Shown here: positions 50,687 to 60,757 of the stretch, in pieces
How the letters are laid out: every line of letters begins with the position of its first letter
Numbering within the stretch: the first letter of the stretch is position 1
Origin: Bacteroidota bacterium
Lineage (GTDB): Bacteria > Bacteroidota > Ignavibacteria > Kapaibacteriales > UBA2268
NCBI GenBank assembly: GCA_004322215.1
Contig: SCSM01000007.1
Coordinates: forward strand, 192,071-256,070
Length of the DNA stretch: 64,000 nt
Direction: 5' to 3'
The notes under the pieces: generated by a model
The model's input: only the letters and a program-made list of their open reading frames with translations
Told to the model about the DNA's origin: nothing
Databases searched by the model: none
Made by a program: the position numbers and the translations under genes

Positions 50687-52387
50687 ATGAATTTCGAAGT
50701 ATCCGATTTAATTGATTACAAGCAATTCGAAGATTTAATTGCTGATTGCTTTAATGCAAAAGAAAGGACTAATACATACATAATTTTTGGCAGATCAGGT
50801 CAGGCACAAAAAGGTATAGATATTTATTCATCAGAAACAAAAACAGCAATTCAATGTAAATATATTTCTAGTGATATTGTTAATCAATATAAAAGTTGTA
50901 AAAATAGATTAGAAAAAGATATAAAAAATGAAGCTACTAATGCATCTAAATCAGGATTGGAAATAAAACATTTTATTCTAGTTTCAACTTTTAAACATGA
51001 TCTAGATATTATTAAAAAAGCCGAAAAAATTAAAATTGAAAATAATCTACCTTTTATATTATCATATATTGGATGGGAGGAAATCATTAAAATTGTTAAA
51101 CAAAATACACCAATACTTGATAGATATTTTCCACAAGTAATTGATGCTCTTGATTCCAGAGAACCCCCCAGAAAGTTAATTGATGCTATTGGATCTTATA
51201 AAAAATTTCCAAGTGATTATTGGTCTTTGATACCACAAATTCATGGAAATACAGTTAGTACAGAGTTAGTTCCAAAAAGGCTTGATTCACATTTTAAAGA
51301 ACCTATGATTTTTAATACGTTATTAAAATTTGATTCTGAAAATGAACAGTCATTTTTCTTAACTCAATATAATGATTTTATCAAAAAAGGGACTCCGTTT
51401 CAAATTGAAGGGAAATATATAGAAAATTTAAAAATACCCGAAAAACTTAAACCATATTTTCCAGAAAAAATTAATAAATTAATTTTTTCACCCTTAACAA
51501 ATATTATACCCCCATTAATAGTAAATTTTATATATAAAGATTTAGATGGAGTAATATATTCTTTAAATAAAATTCCATTAAGCATGGTGAGAAGAGGTAC
51601 TGATGAAATATTGTTATCATATAATGACACTAATAATCCTTTAAAAGTAAATTACCTTTATAATCCAATCCTACATAAAAGAAAAGTTGATATTAAAATT
51701 GATGTTAAAGGTCATAATATTAAAGCAGCCTATGATACTTTTAAATTTCTTATAAACCTTAATAAAGGTGGTGAATTTAAAATTATTTCCGATGAAATAG
51801 GTTTTGAGATTTTTAAAGATAATTATAAACCAAAAAAAGTTGCTAAAGGTAAACTTTGGTTTTTAGATTTTCTAAAATTATTATTATTTTTCCAACAAAC
51901 TTTCATAATCCAAATGAAAGTACCTTTGGAATTTAATGATTATGATTTCAATTATTTAAAAACAATTATTCATATTGTTAATAATGGATATGCTGAAGTT
52001 TTTTTCAGTAAGTTGGAATTAAATGTTACCATAGCATATGCAAAATATTTGGTTAACAATATGAAAGAAAACCAAGATTGTGGTTTCATTCACCACGAGG
52101 AAGGTATGATTCAGCTATTCAATACTAAATGTAATATTGGTAAAATAATGATTTTCTTTAGACCAATCAATATTGAAAAAAAGAGTAGAAATTCAATAAT
52201 AAAAAATAAAAATACTTCTAATGATAATAAAATTATTAAGTTAAAATTAGAATTCTTGAGAAAAGAACCTTCATATATGTTTTTGGAAAAATTTGTACCA
52301 AATGGGTATAGTTTTGATGAATCTTCATTAAAGGAGTATGTTCATAAACTTATCCAAGAAAAAAGTGAAAATAACAATGTGTGTTAA
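50687..52387 (+). CDS. Uncharacterised protein: N-terminal Mrr/REase-like PD-(D/E)xK nuclease domain plus large unknown C-terminal region
   Basis: FEDLIADCF...GRSGQAQKGIDIY...AIQCK; very AT-rich coding sequence; starts 7 bp after the MTase stop. Confidence 0.7.
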   Translation: MNFEVSDLIDYKQFEDLIADCFNAKERTNTYIIFGRSGQAQKGIDIYSSETKTAIQCKYISSDIVNQYKSCKNRLEKDIKNEATNASKSGLEIKHFILVSTFKHDLDIIKKAEKIKIENNLPFILSYIGWEEIIKIVKQNTPILDRYFPQVIDALDSREPPRKLIDAIGSYKKFPSDYWSLIPQIHGNTVSTELVPKRLDSHFKEPMIFNTLLKFDSENEQSFFLTQYNDFIKKGTPFQIEGKYIENLKIPEKLKPYFPEKINKLIFSPLTNIIPPLIVNFIYKDLDGVIYSLNKIPLSMVRRGTDEILLSYNDTNNPLKVNYLYNPILHKRKVDIKIDVKGHNIKAAYDTFKFLINLNKGGEFKIISDEIGFEIFKDNYKPKKVAKGKLWFLDFLKLLLFFQQTFIIQMKVPLEFNDYDFNYLKTIIHIVNNGYAEVFFSKLELNVTIAYAKYLVNNMKENQDCGFIHHEEGMIQLFNTKCNIGKIMIFFRPINIEKKSRNSIIKNKNTSNDNKIIKLKLEFLRKEPSYMFLEKFVPNGYSFDESSLKEYVHKLIQEKSENNNVC

Positions 52388-52409
52388 AATAAAAAGTCTT
52401 GATTCAAAT

Positions 52410-55400
52410 ATGAAATTACTATACTTATTTATCGTAATAATATTAATTTTTTCATCCAATCTCCTCCACTCCCAGGACTCCTCCTGGCTTGTGGATGTAT
52501 CTCACGAAGCGGGATTAGACTCAACTCTCGGTACACGTATTCTGCTTGTGGATGTCAACAACGACAACTATCCCGATTTACTCTGGGGCAGCGGAAATAT
52601 CAATAAGAACCGCTATCATTTGTATTTGAATGTCCCGAATCCGGATTTAAATTCTGCTACAAAAAGAATTTTCATTGATTTCACGGACAGCTCGGGTATC
52701 AATTCAAACCGCAATCCCGGGAAGCAAGACAGGGTTGTGGATATTGCCGCACTTGCCGATGTAAACAATGACGGTAATGTTGACCTGGTAACAAGCATCT
52801 ATTATCACCGTCTGCAAATGTATCTCGACTCACTCGACCCCGGTGACAGGTCAGAGGTCTTATTGAATGACGGTACCGGACATTTCACACTTGTTCCAAA
52901 CAACGGACTTTATCAATACGGCTTAATCAACTCCACAGGACTTGCTTTCCTCGATTATGACCTTGACGGAAAAATTGATTTGTACATCAGCACATGGTTC
53001 TATGATTATCTCAATGAAATCAAACAGCCGGATGTCCTATTCAAAGGTAATGGCGACGGCTCATTTACTTTCATTCAAAATAGTGGTATTCAAAATGTTT
53101 GGGAACCAATGTATGGTGTGAATATTACCGACTGGAACAATGACGGCTGGCAAGACGTTATAACATCTGCATATTGTCGAAGCGGTGGTAGTCTTTTCAG
53201 AAATGACCATAACGGTACTTTCACAGATGTTGCACAGCTTTTTGGTTACACAGGACAATTTGTTGGTGGTGACCACGGCCAAAACCTCTGCCAGTGGGAA
53301 GCACAGTCAGGGGATTTCGACAATGACGGTGATATGGATTTACTCCAGGTTGAGGTTCATGGCGGCTATAATCCCGGTGAAGGCAGAACTCATATCTCGG
53401 TTAATCAAGGTCCAGACAGTGGATTTAAATATGTATGGGAATTGGATAGAATCAAACGTGATGCTCCTGTGGAGTCACACCTCGGCGACCAGGGTGGTCA
53501 GTGGCTCGATATTGACGGAGACGGATGGCATGATTTGGCTATTTGTCAGATGGGCTATGCCAGTGCAAACCTGCAGGGACAGGAACGTCTTTATATTTGC
53601 AAACAAAACAAAGAACATTATTTAGATGATATAACACAAGCACTCGGTTATTTCAATATGAAAGAGTGTCATTCTATTGAGCCGGCAGATTTCGATTTGG
53701 ACGGTGATGTTGACATTTTTGTCAGCAGGCAAATCAGGGATACAACGTATGTAGATTCATTAATAGACGGACAAACTCGGAAAGTTTTGGTGGAATCAAC
53801 TCACATGAAATTAATTTTATTAAGGAATGATATTGGCAATAAAAACAACTGGACTTCAATTAAACTTAAACAACCTCAAGGAGCTAATCAAAGTGGACTT
53901 GGTTCGAGAATTACTGTTTGTTCCAATGGAATAAATCAAATTTCAGAAATACAGGCAGGACTTGGTCATTTTTCAGGACAGCAGCCATTCATAAGAAACT
54001 TAGGACTCAGACAAAACAACAGGATTGATTCAATTATTGTACGTTGGTCCCTGAAGAATTCTCCGAATACAGTTGTTTATAATCCTCCCATGAATTTAAT
54101 TCTCGAAATTGATTCTATGGGCTTGTACAACTTTGTCAAACCCTGGCAGGGTAAAAAACCTTTAATTGCTTTTGAAGAAACATTGCTGAATTTTGACACT
54201 GTCAACACCGGTGAAAACAAACAACTAAGTTTCACATTAAAAAATATCGGCGATACAACAATGAATGTATCAAAAATGTATATTGACGATTCTGATTCAT
54301 CTGTTTATTCTGTTAATTTTCAATTAAACTTTTCACTTGGACCAGGTGAAACAAGAAAATTCAATGTTCATTTTTCACCAAAGTACAGGGCTGAGTATAA
54401 AGGAGTCGTGAAATTTGAATCCGATGCATACAATGCACCGGTCAAGGGATTTGATTTGAGCGGCGTCGGTTATCATGCAGAACCGCTTATAACTACAACT
54501 ACCGATGAACTGAGTTTCCCCGCTATTTGGATCGATTCCGTAAGAGTTTTACATTTTGGTATGCAAAACACAGGTGAATTGCCACTCTCTGTAAGTGATT
54601 TAAAAATAGAGAATGATACATTTGCTGTATTCACTTGCTTGAATTTGAATAAACAATTTATTATTCCTCCGGGAGGAAGCAGGGACGTTTCTGTTTCATT
54701 TGTACCAAAAGAATTAAAAGAATATTCAGCAGAATTGAGAATAATATCCAATGCATATAATTCTAACTCTTATGCTGTCAAACTCAATGGGAAATGCGAT
54801 GGACCTGCACCCGAAATCCGGTTTTCAACAAGTTCTGTTTTCTTCCTTAAAACCCAGGTTGGACAAACGCGTGTAAGAGATTTTGATATCTCAAATATAG
54901 GTAACAGTGATTTGATAATTAACAATATTTTTGTGGAAAATGATACTGCCGGAATATTCCCTATAACCGAAATGAATCTTCCAATGATTATTCCTCCTTC
55001 CGGTACTGATACCATTAAAATTGTTTTTGCACCAAAAGAAGCAGTTACATATAACATGAAATTAATCATCCAATCGAATTCTGTGATTAATAGTTCTGAT
55101 ACTCTGTCAATAAGAGGAAGTGGCAGTGCTGTTAATGTTGATGATGATTTAAGAATTAATAATGCATTATTAAATGTATCTATCGCACCAAATCCTATTA
55201 AAGATGAGGCAACAATATTGATATTAATTTTGGATGATGATAAGAACCTTCCTGTTAACATTTTTCTTAATGACTTGACTGGTAGAATTGTTGCCAATTA
55301 TCCAGTAGGAGCACTAACGAATGGAGAACATAAAATAAAATTACCTTTGTCATCTATCGTTTCAGGAATATATTTTCTTACAGTTCAAAGAGGTGAAAAC

Positions 55401-55433
55401 AGATTAATTCAGTTGCTCATTGTAATAAAATAG
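52410..55433 (+). CDS. T9SS-secreted FG-GAP/ASPIC-UnbV (CRTAC1-like) protein with three Ig-like (choice-of-anchor D/ASH) domains
   Basis: DxNNDGxxD repeats; three KNIG/QNTG/SNIG...V.F.P repeats; APNP...SGIYFL CTD; start moved to the ATG at 52410 (signal peptide). Confidence 0.85.
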   Translation: MKLLYLFIVIILIFSSNLLHSQDSSWLVDVSHEAGLDSTLGTRILLVDVNNDNYPDLLWGSGNINKNRYHLYLNVPNPDLNSATKRIFIDFTDSSGINSNRNPGKQDRVVDIAALADVNNDGNVDLVTSIYYHRLQMYLDSLDPGDRSEVLLNDGTGHFTLVPNNGLYQYGLINSTGLAFLDYDLDGKIDLYISTWFYDYLNEIKQPDVLFKGNGDGSFTFIQNSGIQNVWEPMYGVNITDWNNDGWQDVITSAYCRSGGSLFRNDHNGTFTDVAQLFGYTGQFVGGDHGQNLCQWEAQSGDFDNDGDMDLLQVEVHGGYNPGEGRTHISVNQGPDSGFKYVWELDRIKRDAPVESHLGDQGGQWLDIDGDGWHDLAICQMGYASANLQGQERLYICKQNKEHYLDDITQALGYFNMKECHSIEPADFDLDGDVDIFVSRQIRDTTYVDSLIDGQTRKVLVESTHMKLILLRNDIGNKNNWTSIKLKQPQGANQSGLGSRITVCSNGINQISEIQAGLGHFSGQQPFIRNLGLRQNNRIDSIIVRWSLKNSPNTVVYNPPMNLILEIDSMGLYNFVKPWQGKKPLIAFEETLLNFDTVNTGENKQLSFTLKNIGDTTMNVSKMYIDDSDSSVYSVNFQLNFSLGPGETRKFNVHFSPKYRAEYKGVVKFESDAYNAPVKGFDLSGVGYHAEPLITTTTDELSFPAIWIDSVRVLHFGMQNTGELPLSVSDLKIENDTFAVFTCLNLNKQFIIPPGGSRDVSVSFVPKELKEYSAELRIISNAYNSNSYAVKLNGKCDGPAPEIRFSTSSVFFLKTQVGQTRVRDFDISNIGNSDLIINNIFVENDTAGIFPITEMNLPMIIPPSGTDTIKIVFAPKEAVTYNMKLIIQSNSVINSSDTLSIRGSGSAVNVDDDLRINNALLNVSIAPNPIKDEATILILILDDDKNLPVNIFLNDLTGRIVANYPVGALTNGEHKIKLPLSSIVSGIYFLTVQRGENRLIQLLIVIK

Positions 55434-55508
55434 AAAAATCAGGTGTTATTGTTTCTCCAATTCACCAAATTTTATGATATTTAGTGATTCAATTCACCGA
55501 ATTTAATT

Positions 55509-55536
55509 AAAAATGGTGAATATATTCACCATTTTT
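55509..55536. terminator. Perfect palindrome, likely bidirectional terminator
   Basis: AAAAATGGTGAATATATTCACCATTTTT (28-bp perfect palindrome) between convergent genes. Confidence 0.7.
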
Positions 55537-55554
55537 TATACATTTTAGTGGATA

Positions 55555-56650
55555 CTACTCTCCTAGTAACAGATATGCTTTAATAAAATCATCCAGGTCA
55601 CCGTCCATCACTGAATTGATGTCAGTTCTCTTCATTTCGGAACGATGGTCGTTAACCATAGTGTATGGCTGAAATACATAAGAACGTATCTGGCTCCCCC
55701 ATTCAATTCTTTTCTTAGTGCCTTCAACTGCGGCTTTAGCAGCTTCTTCTTCTTCTCTTCTTTTTTGGTACAATCTTGATTTCAGCATTTTCATTGCATT
55801 TTCTCTGTTTTGAAACTGAGAGCGCTCCTGTTGACAAGAAACGACAATACCTGACGGAATATGCCTTAGCCGTACTGCTGTTTCTACTTTATTCACATTC
55901 TGCCCACCTTTACCACCTGAACGAAAAGTATCCATCTCGACATCAACAGGATTAATCTCAATATCAACATTATCATCAATAACAGGATATACAAAAACCG
56001 ATGCAAAAGATGTATGCCGTCTTGCATTTGAATCGAATGGGGAAATTCTTACTAATCTGTGAACACCATTCTCTGCTTTAAGATAACCATAAGCATATTT
56101 CCCGTTCACTTCTATAGTCGCTGATTTTAGTCCTGCACCATCACCTTCGAGTTCATCAACAAGATATACTTTGTAATTGTGACGCTCAGCCCAGCGTGTG
56201 TACATCCTCAATAGCATTTCTGCCCAATCCTGTGCTTCTGTACCACCAGCACCTGAGTGAATTGTAAGAATTGCATCTCTTTCGTCATCATCACCTGAAA
56301 GAATATTCCTTATTTCAAGTTCTGAAAGATGTTTTTCCACTTCTGATATTTCATTGTTTACTTCAGTTTCCATTGATTCATCTTTTGCTTCTTCGGCAAG
56401 TTCGATTAGTGCCTGCAAATCCTGTAGTAATGCCTGAGTTTCATTCCAGATATTAATCCATTCCTTCAGTTCGGAAATTCTTTGCATCACCTTCTGGGCT
56501 TCTGAAGGTTCATTCCAAAGGTTTTGGTCTTGCGATAATTTTTCTTTTTCGGTTAGTTCTAAGGTCTTGCCTTCGATGTCAAAGGAACCTCCTGAGCTGG
56601 GCGGTTCGGTCATTCAGTTCATTCAGTTTTTCTCTTTGTGGTTCAAACAT
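55555..56650 (-). CDS. prfB: Peptide chain release factor 2, with programmed +1 frameshift
   Basis: ATG at 56650 gives [23 protein letters not shown], then CTT TGA C shifts to DIEGKT...; SPF and GGQ motifs present; about 364 aa. Confidence 0.96.
56578..56593 (-). promoter_or_regulatory. prfB frameshift cassette
   Basis: Minus strand AGGAGG-TTC-CTTTGAC: internal SD plus slippery CTT-TGA. Confidence 0.95.
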
Positions 56651-56898
56651 TTAATAATCCAAAATAATTTGTAAACATTCTGTGTGTATTATCGTTTATG
56701 TTGTGAAAAAATTATTTATTTATTGATGAATTAATACTACTCTGTCTGAAAAAGTTTTGTTATTGTTATGTTTTTCACAGTAATATATTCATAAAATCTA
56801 ATCAAGACAAATATTTATTAAATTATTCCGTCAAAGAATGTAGGAATGAAAATTGATATAAGAAATTATTAGAATGTTGAATTTAAAAAGAAAATAAA

Positions 56899-59493
56899 AT
56901 GGAAGGAAATTTTTCGAATAGAGTAAACGATGTCATTCGTTTAAGCAGGGAAGAAGCTCTTCGGCTTGGTCACGATTATATAGGCACCGAACATCTTCTT
57001 CTCGGTATAATAAGAGAAGGCGAAGGAATCGCCGTAAAAATCCTCAAGAATCTTGGCGTTGATTTATATAAACTGAAAAAAGCTATCGAAGATTCAGTCA
57101 GAACTTCAAGCTCAACTATTACAATCGGTAATATACCATTGACAAAATTGACTGAAAAAGTTCTGAAAATAACCTATCTCGAAGCTAAACTATATAAATC
57201 AGATGTTATTGGAACTGAACATTTACTGCTCTCGATGCTTCGCGACGATGAAAACATCGCTGCACAATTACTGTCTCAGTTCAATGTTCGATACGATGAT
57301 GTCCGCAGAGAACTCGACAATATCATAACAGGCAGACCAAGTTCGCAGCCGAGACCTGCTTACGGTTCGGCTAAACCAAAAACACAGCAGAGAGAATCAA
57401 TAAAAACTCCTGTTCTCGACAATTTCAGTCGCGACCTTACGAAACTTGCTCTCGAAAACAAACTCGACCCTGTTGTCGGTAGAACGAGAGAAATTGAAAG
57501 AGTAACCCAGGTAATTTGCCGCAGGAAGAAAAATAATCCTGTTCTGATTGGCGACCCGGGTGTAGGTAAAACAGCTATTGTCGAGGGCTTGGCACTCCGA
57601 ATTATCAGTAGAAATGTGCCTCGTCTATTATTCGATAAGAGAATTGTATCTCTTGACCTCGCTTCACTCGTAGCAGGTACTAAATACAGAGGTCAATTCG
57701 AAGAAAGAATGAAAGCTATAATGAATGAGCTTGAAAAAGCAACTGATGTAATCCTGTTCATTGATGAATTGCATACCTTAGTCGGAGCAGGTGGTGCTTC
57801 CGGTTCACTCGATGCATCTAATATGTTCAAACCGGCTTTGTCGCGTGGTGAAATTCAATGTATCGGTGCTACCACACTCGATGAGTACAGGCAATACATA
57901 GAGAAAGACGGTGCTTTGGACAGGCGTTTCCAGAAAATTATCGTTGACCCGCCGACTGCGGAAGAAACTGTTACTATACTTAATAACATTAAAGACAGGT
58001 ACGAAGAACATCATAACGTAAGATTTACAAACAATGCAATTGATGCCTGTGTACGGCTCTCAGAGCGATATATCACTGACAGACATTTCCCTGATAAGGC
58101 AATTGATGTTATGGATGAAGCAGGTGCAAAAGTCCACTTACTAAATCTTGATGTTCCAAAAGAAATATTAACTCTTGAAGAAAAAATTGAAGAAATAAAA
58201 GTACAGAAAAATCTCGTAGTCAAGCATCAGAATTTCGAAGAAGCTGCTCGATTAAGAGATTTGGAAAAAAGAGTTCAAACTGAACTCGAGCTTGCGAAAA
58301 CAAGCTGGGAGAAAAATGCAAGTAAAACTTACTTCCCTGTTAAAGAAGATGATATTTCAGACATCGTTGCCATGATGACCGGTATTCCTGTTAATAGGAT
58401 TGCTGAAAGTGAATCTGACAAACTGAAAAATCTTCCTGCTTTACTTAAAGGTCATGTCGTCGGTCAGGATGATGCAATTGAATTGCTGACAAAGGCAATC
58501 CGAAGAGCCAGAGCCGGTTTGAAAGACCCCAAGCGTCCAATCGGTTCATTTATGTTCCTCGGACCGACAGGTGTAGGTAAAACAGAATTGGCAAAAGCTT
58601 TGGCAAGGGTAATGTTCGATACAGAAGAAGCCCTCATCAGGATTGATATGAGTGAGTATATGGAGAAATTTTCAGTATCGAGATTTGTCGGAGCTCCTCC
58701 GGGATATGTCGGTTACGAAGAAGGCGGTCAGCTTACTGAGAAAGTAAGGCGAAAACCCTACTCGATCATATTACTGGATGAAATTGAAAAAGCACATCCT
58801 GATGTATTCAACATCCTACTCCAGGTATTCGATGACGGTACTTTAACCGACGGCCTTGGCAGAAAAGTTGATTTCAAAAATACGATTATCATAATGACAT
58901 CAAATGTCGGAACTCGCGATATCAAGCTCGGCGGAAGAATCGGCTTTACAGAGCAAACTCCCAAAGATGAAAATGAACACGTGAAATCAACAATCGAGGA
59001 ATCAATCAAGAGATTGTTCAATCCCGAGTTTATCAATAGGATTGATGATTTTATCATATTCCAAAAACTTCAGAGGGAGCATATATATTCAATAATTGAC
59101 ATACAAATGGCATTGCTGAAAGACCGCCTGAAAATCAACGGTATGACAATCGAAATGACAGATAAAGCAAAAGACTTCCTCGTTGAAAAGGGCTTCGATG
59201 ATAAATTCGGTGCAAGACCTTTGAAGCGTACTCTTCAGAAATATGTCGAAGACGAACTTGCAGAATTAATGCTCGTCGGTAACCTTAAACTGGGAACGAG
59301 AATAATCGCTGATAAAATCGAAGAAGAGGAAAAATTGAAGTTCGAAATGATTGAAGGCGAAATCATCAAAACCGAAGAAATTATTCCGCAACTCACTCCC
59401 GACAAACTCGGAGAAGACACAGAGCACCTCGGTCTGAAGGGCGAAATGATTTCCGATGAACTCGGTGGTGGTTCCACAGAACTGACAAATTAA
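56899..59493 (+). CDS. clpC: ATP-dependent Clp protease ATP-binding subunit ClpC
   Basis: Two Clp-N repeats, [11 protein letters not shown]-type [20 protein letters not shown] loop. Confidence 0.95.
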   Translation: MEGNFSNRVNDVIRLSREEALRLGHDYIGTEHLLLGIIREGEGIAVKILKNLGVDLYKLKKAIEDSVRTSSSTITIGNIPLTKLTEKVLKITYLEAKLYKSDVIGTEHLLLSMLRDDENIAAQLLSQFNVRYDDVRRELDNIITGRPSSQPRPAYGSAKPKTQQRESIKTPVLDNFSRDLTKLALENKLDPVVGRTREIERVTQVICRRKKNNPVLIGDPGVGKTAIVEGLALRIISRNVPRLLFDKRIVSLDLASLVAGTKYRGQFEERMKAIMNELEKATDVILFIDELHTLVGAGGASGSLDASNMFKPALSRGEIQCIGATTLDEYRQYIEKDGALDRRFQKIIVDPPTAEETVTILNNIKDRYEEHHNVRFTNNAIDACVRLSERYITDRHFPDKAIDVMDEAGAKVHLLNLDVPKEILTLEEKIEEIKVQKNLVVKHQNFEEAARLRDLEKRVQTELELAKTSWEKNASKTYFPVKEDDISDIVAMMTGIPVNRIAESESDKLKNLPALLKGHVVGQDDAIELLTKAIRRARAGLKDPKRPIGSFMFLGPTGVGKTELAKALARVMFDTEEALIRIDMSEYMEKFSVSRFVGAPPGYVGYEEGGQLTEKVRRKPYSIILLDEIEKAHPDVFNILLQVFDDGTLTDGLGRKVDFKNTIIIMTSNVGTRDIKLGGRIGFTEQTPKDENEHVKSTIEESIKRLFNPEFINRIDDFIIFQKLQREHIYSIIDIQMALLKDRLKINGMTIEMTDKAKDFLVEKGFDDKFGARPLKRTLQKYVEDELAELMLVGNLKLGTRIIADKIEEEEKLKFEMIEGEIIKTEEIIPQLTPDKLGEDTEHLGLKGEMISDELGGGSTELTN

Positions 59494-59502
59494 AATTAAA
59501 AA

Positions 59503-59535
59503 CCCTGAATCCCCCTTTCCTAAAGGGGATTCAGG
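59503..59535. terminator. GC-rich hairpin after clpC (terminator or REP-like)
   Basis: CCCTGAATCCCC(C)TTT-cct-AAAGGGGATTCAGGG. Confidence 0.65.
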
Positions 59536-59670
59536 GGGATTATTCAATAAAATTTACCATATATTCCACTTCACGGAATTAATACTTAAATTTTAATTTT
59601 CTAATTTAATAATAATAATAAATAAATATTTTCGTTACTAAAATTGAAGTTAAACTATTATAACTATTCA

Positions 59671-59862
59671 ATGCAATACAAAATTAAAATAAAGAAAAAC
59701 GAGGAAGGCTACGCTGTATGGTGCGAAGACCTGCCTGGTTGTGCCTCACAGGGTGATACTGAAGAAGAAGCAATGACAAATATAAAAGACGCTATCGAAG
59801 AATATCTCGCTGTAAAAAACGAATTAATCAAAGATGAAAAATTAGTATTGATTGAAGTATAA
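59671..59862 (+). CDS. hicB: HicB family antitoxin
   Basis: GYAVWCEDLPGCASQGDTEEEAMTNIKDAIEEYL; ATG at 59671. Confidence 0.9.
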   Translation: MQYKIKIKKNEEGYAVWCEDLPGCASQGDTEEEAMTNIKDAIEEYLAVKNELIKDEKLVLIEV

Positions 59863-59865
59863 TTC

Positions 59866-60078
59866 ATGCCAAAATTACAAGGTATTGATCATCAGCGTGC
59901 AATCAATGCTTTTGAAAAAGCCGGATTTTGGATTGCAAGACAAGGCAAACATATCACAATGACTGATGGTGAACATGTTATAACCATACCAAGAAGTAAT
60001 CCGATAAATGCTTATACCATGGGGGCAATAATCAAAGGTTCTGGCTTAACAATTGAAGAATATAAAAAATTAATTTAG
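59866..60078 (+). CDS. hicA: HicA family toxin
   Basis: AFEKAGFWIARQGKHITM...TIPR...TMGAII; 3 bp after hicB. Confidence 0.88.
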   Translation: MPKLQGIDHQRAINAFEKAGFWIARQGKHITMTDGEHVITIPRSNPINAYTMGAIIKGSGLTIEEYKKLI

Positions 60079-60130
60079 AAAATATTCATACCTAATTTTG
60101 CACAATTCCATACCATAAAACCCACATCAA

Positions 60131-60197
60131 TTCCCCTTCCTCGAAGAAGGGCAAGGTTGTAGTGTAACGGAAATCCCGATTCATCGGGAGAGTGAGG
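60131..60197. repeat. REP-like composite hairpin element
   Basis: Imperfect CCCTTC...GAAGGG stem, then TCCCGA-TTCA-TCGGGA (60174-60189). Confidence 0.55.
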
Positions 60198-60219
60198 TAA
60201 ATAAATTCAAAATTTATTA

Positions 60220-60462
60220 TCATGCAAATTCATATTGATTAAATTTAAGTAGCTTCTCCACAGTGCTTTGGGTTTCAGGCAGACTTTTATGATTTGTCAA
60301 ATACTCATCTATCCAATATTCAGAAACTATCTCAAGTTCATTCAAACATTCCATTTGGCTTTCTCCTTGTGCTATACAGCCGGGAAAAGATATTATTTCA
60401 GCAACATATCCACCTTCTTCAGCAGGATAAATTAAAATCGGATATTTCATTTTATTCCTCAT
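60220..60462 (-). CDS. hicB: HicB family antitoxin
   Basis: YPAEEGGYVAEIISFPGCIAQGES...WI...LPE. Confidence 0.85.
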   Translation of the reverse strand: MRNKMKYPILIYPAEEGGYVAEIISFPGCIAQGESQMECLNELEIVSEYWIDEYLTNHKSLPETQSTVEKLLKFNQYEFA

Positions 60463-60584
60463 ATCTTTTTTCTTATTCTCTTTAAGATGGATCCATCTTC
60501 AATTAGCAGATTTCTCAAATCATTGAATCTGACATTTTTAGGATTATTCTTTATCTTTTCAAATAATTTCGAATATTTTGTCAT
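60459..60584 (-). pseudogene. hicA: Truncated HicA toxin remnant
   Basis: Not in the ORF track. MTKYSKLFEKIKNNPKNVRFNDLRNLLIEDGSILKRIRKKI* (41 aa) is a HicA N-terminus lacking the GSH catalytic segment; ATGA overlap with hicB. Confidence 0.75.
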
Positions 60585-60608
60585 TACAATTATTCGATTG
60601 CTATTTTA

Positions 60609-60757
60609 AATTCAAAATTCAAAATCCAACATTCAAAATTTTCTGAATAACAAATATTTATTCCCTACGGGAAAACGATTATTGTTTGGTTTCTGTTGCT
60701 TCTACTAATATATAATCCCTAACGGGATAACATTAATTCAAAATTCAAAATTCAAAA
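60609..60757. repeat. Two direct REP-like copies flanked by TTCAAAA heptamer repeats
   Basis: TAACAAATATTTATTCCCTACGGGAA (60648-60673) and TACTAATATATAATCCCTAACGGGATA (60703-60729); (TTCAAAA)n at about 60611-60638 and 60737-60757. Confidence 0.6.

Noticed and set aside
52338..52409. Apparent 50-bp overlap between the nuclease fusion and the T9SS gene
   Set aside because: Artefact of the longest-ORF start; the signal peptide indicates a start at 52410
48783..52409. Prophage or transposon boundaries around the R-M cassette
   Set aside because: No integrase, transposase, tRNA or flanking direct repeats recognised by eye
54770..55297. 175-aa minus-strand ORF
   Set aside because: Antisense to the T9SS protein; no independent evidence
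60609..60757. Possible mini CRISPR array
   Set aside because: Only two divergent copies and no cas genes; better explained as REP-like repeats
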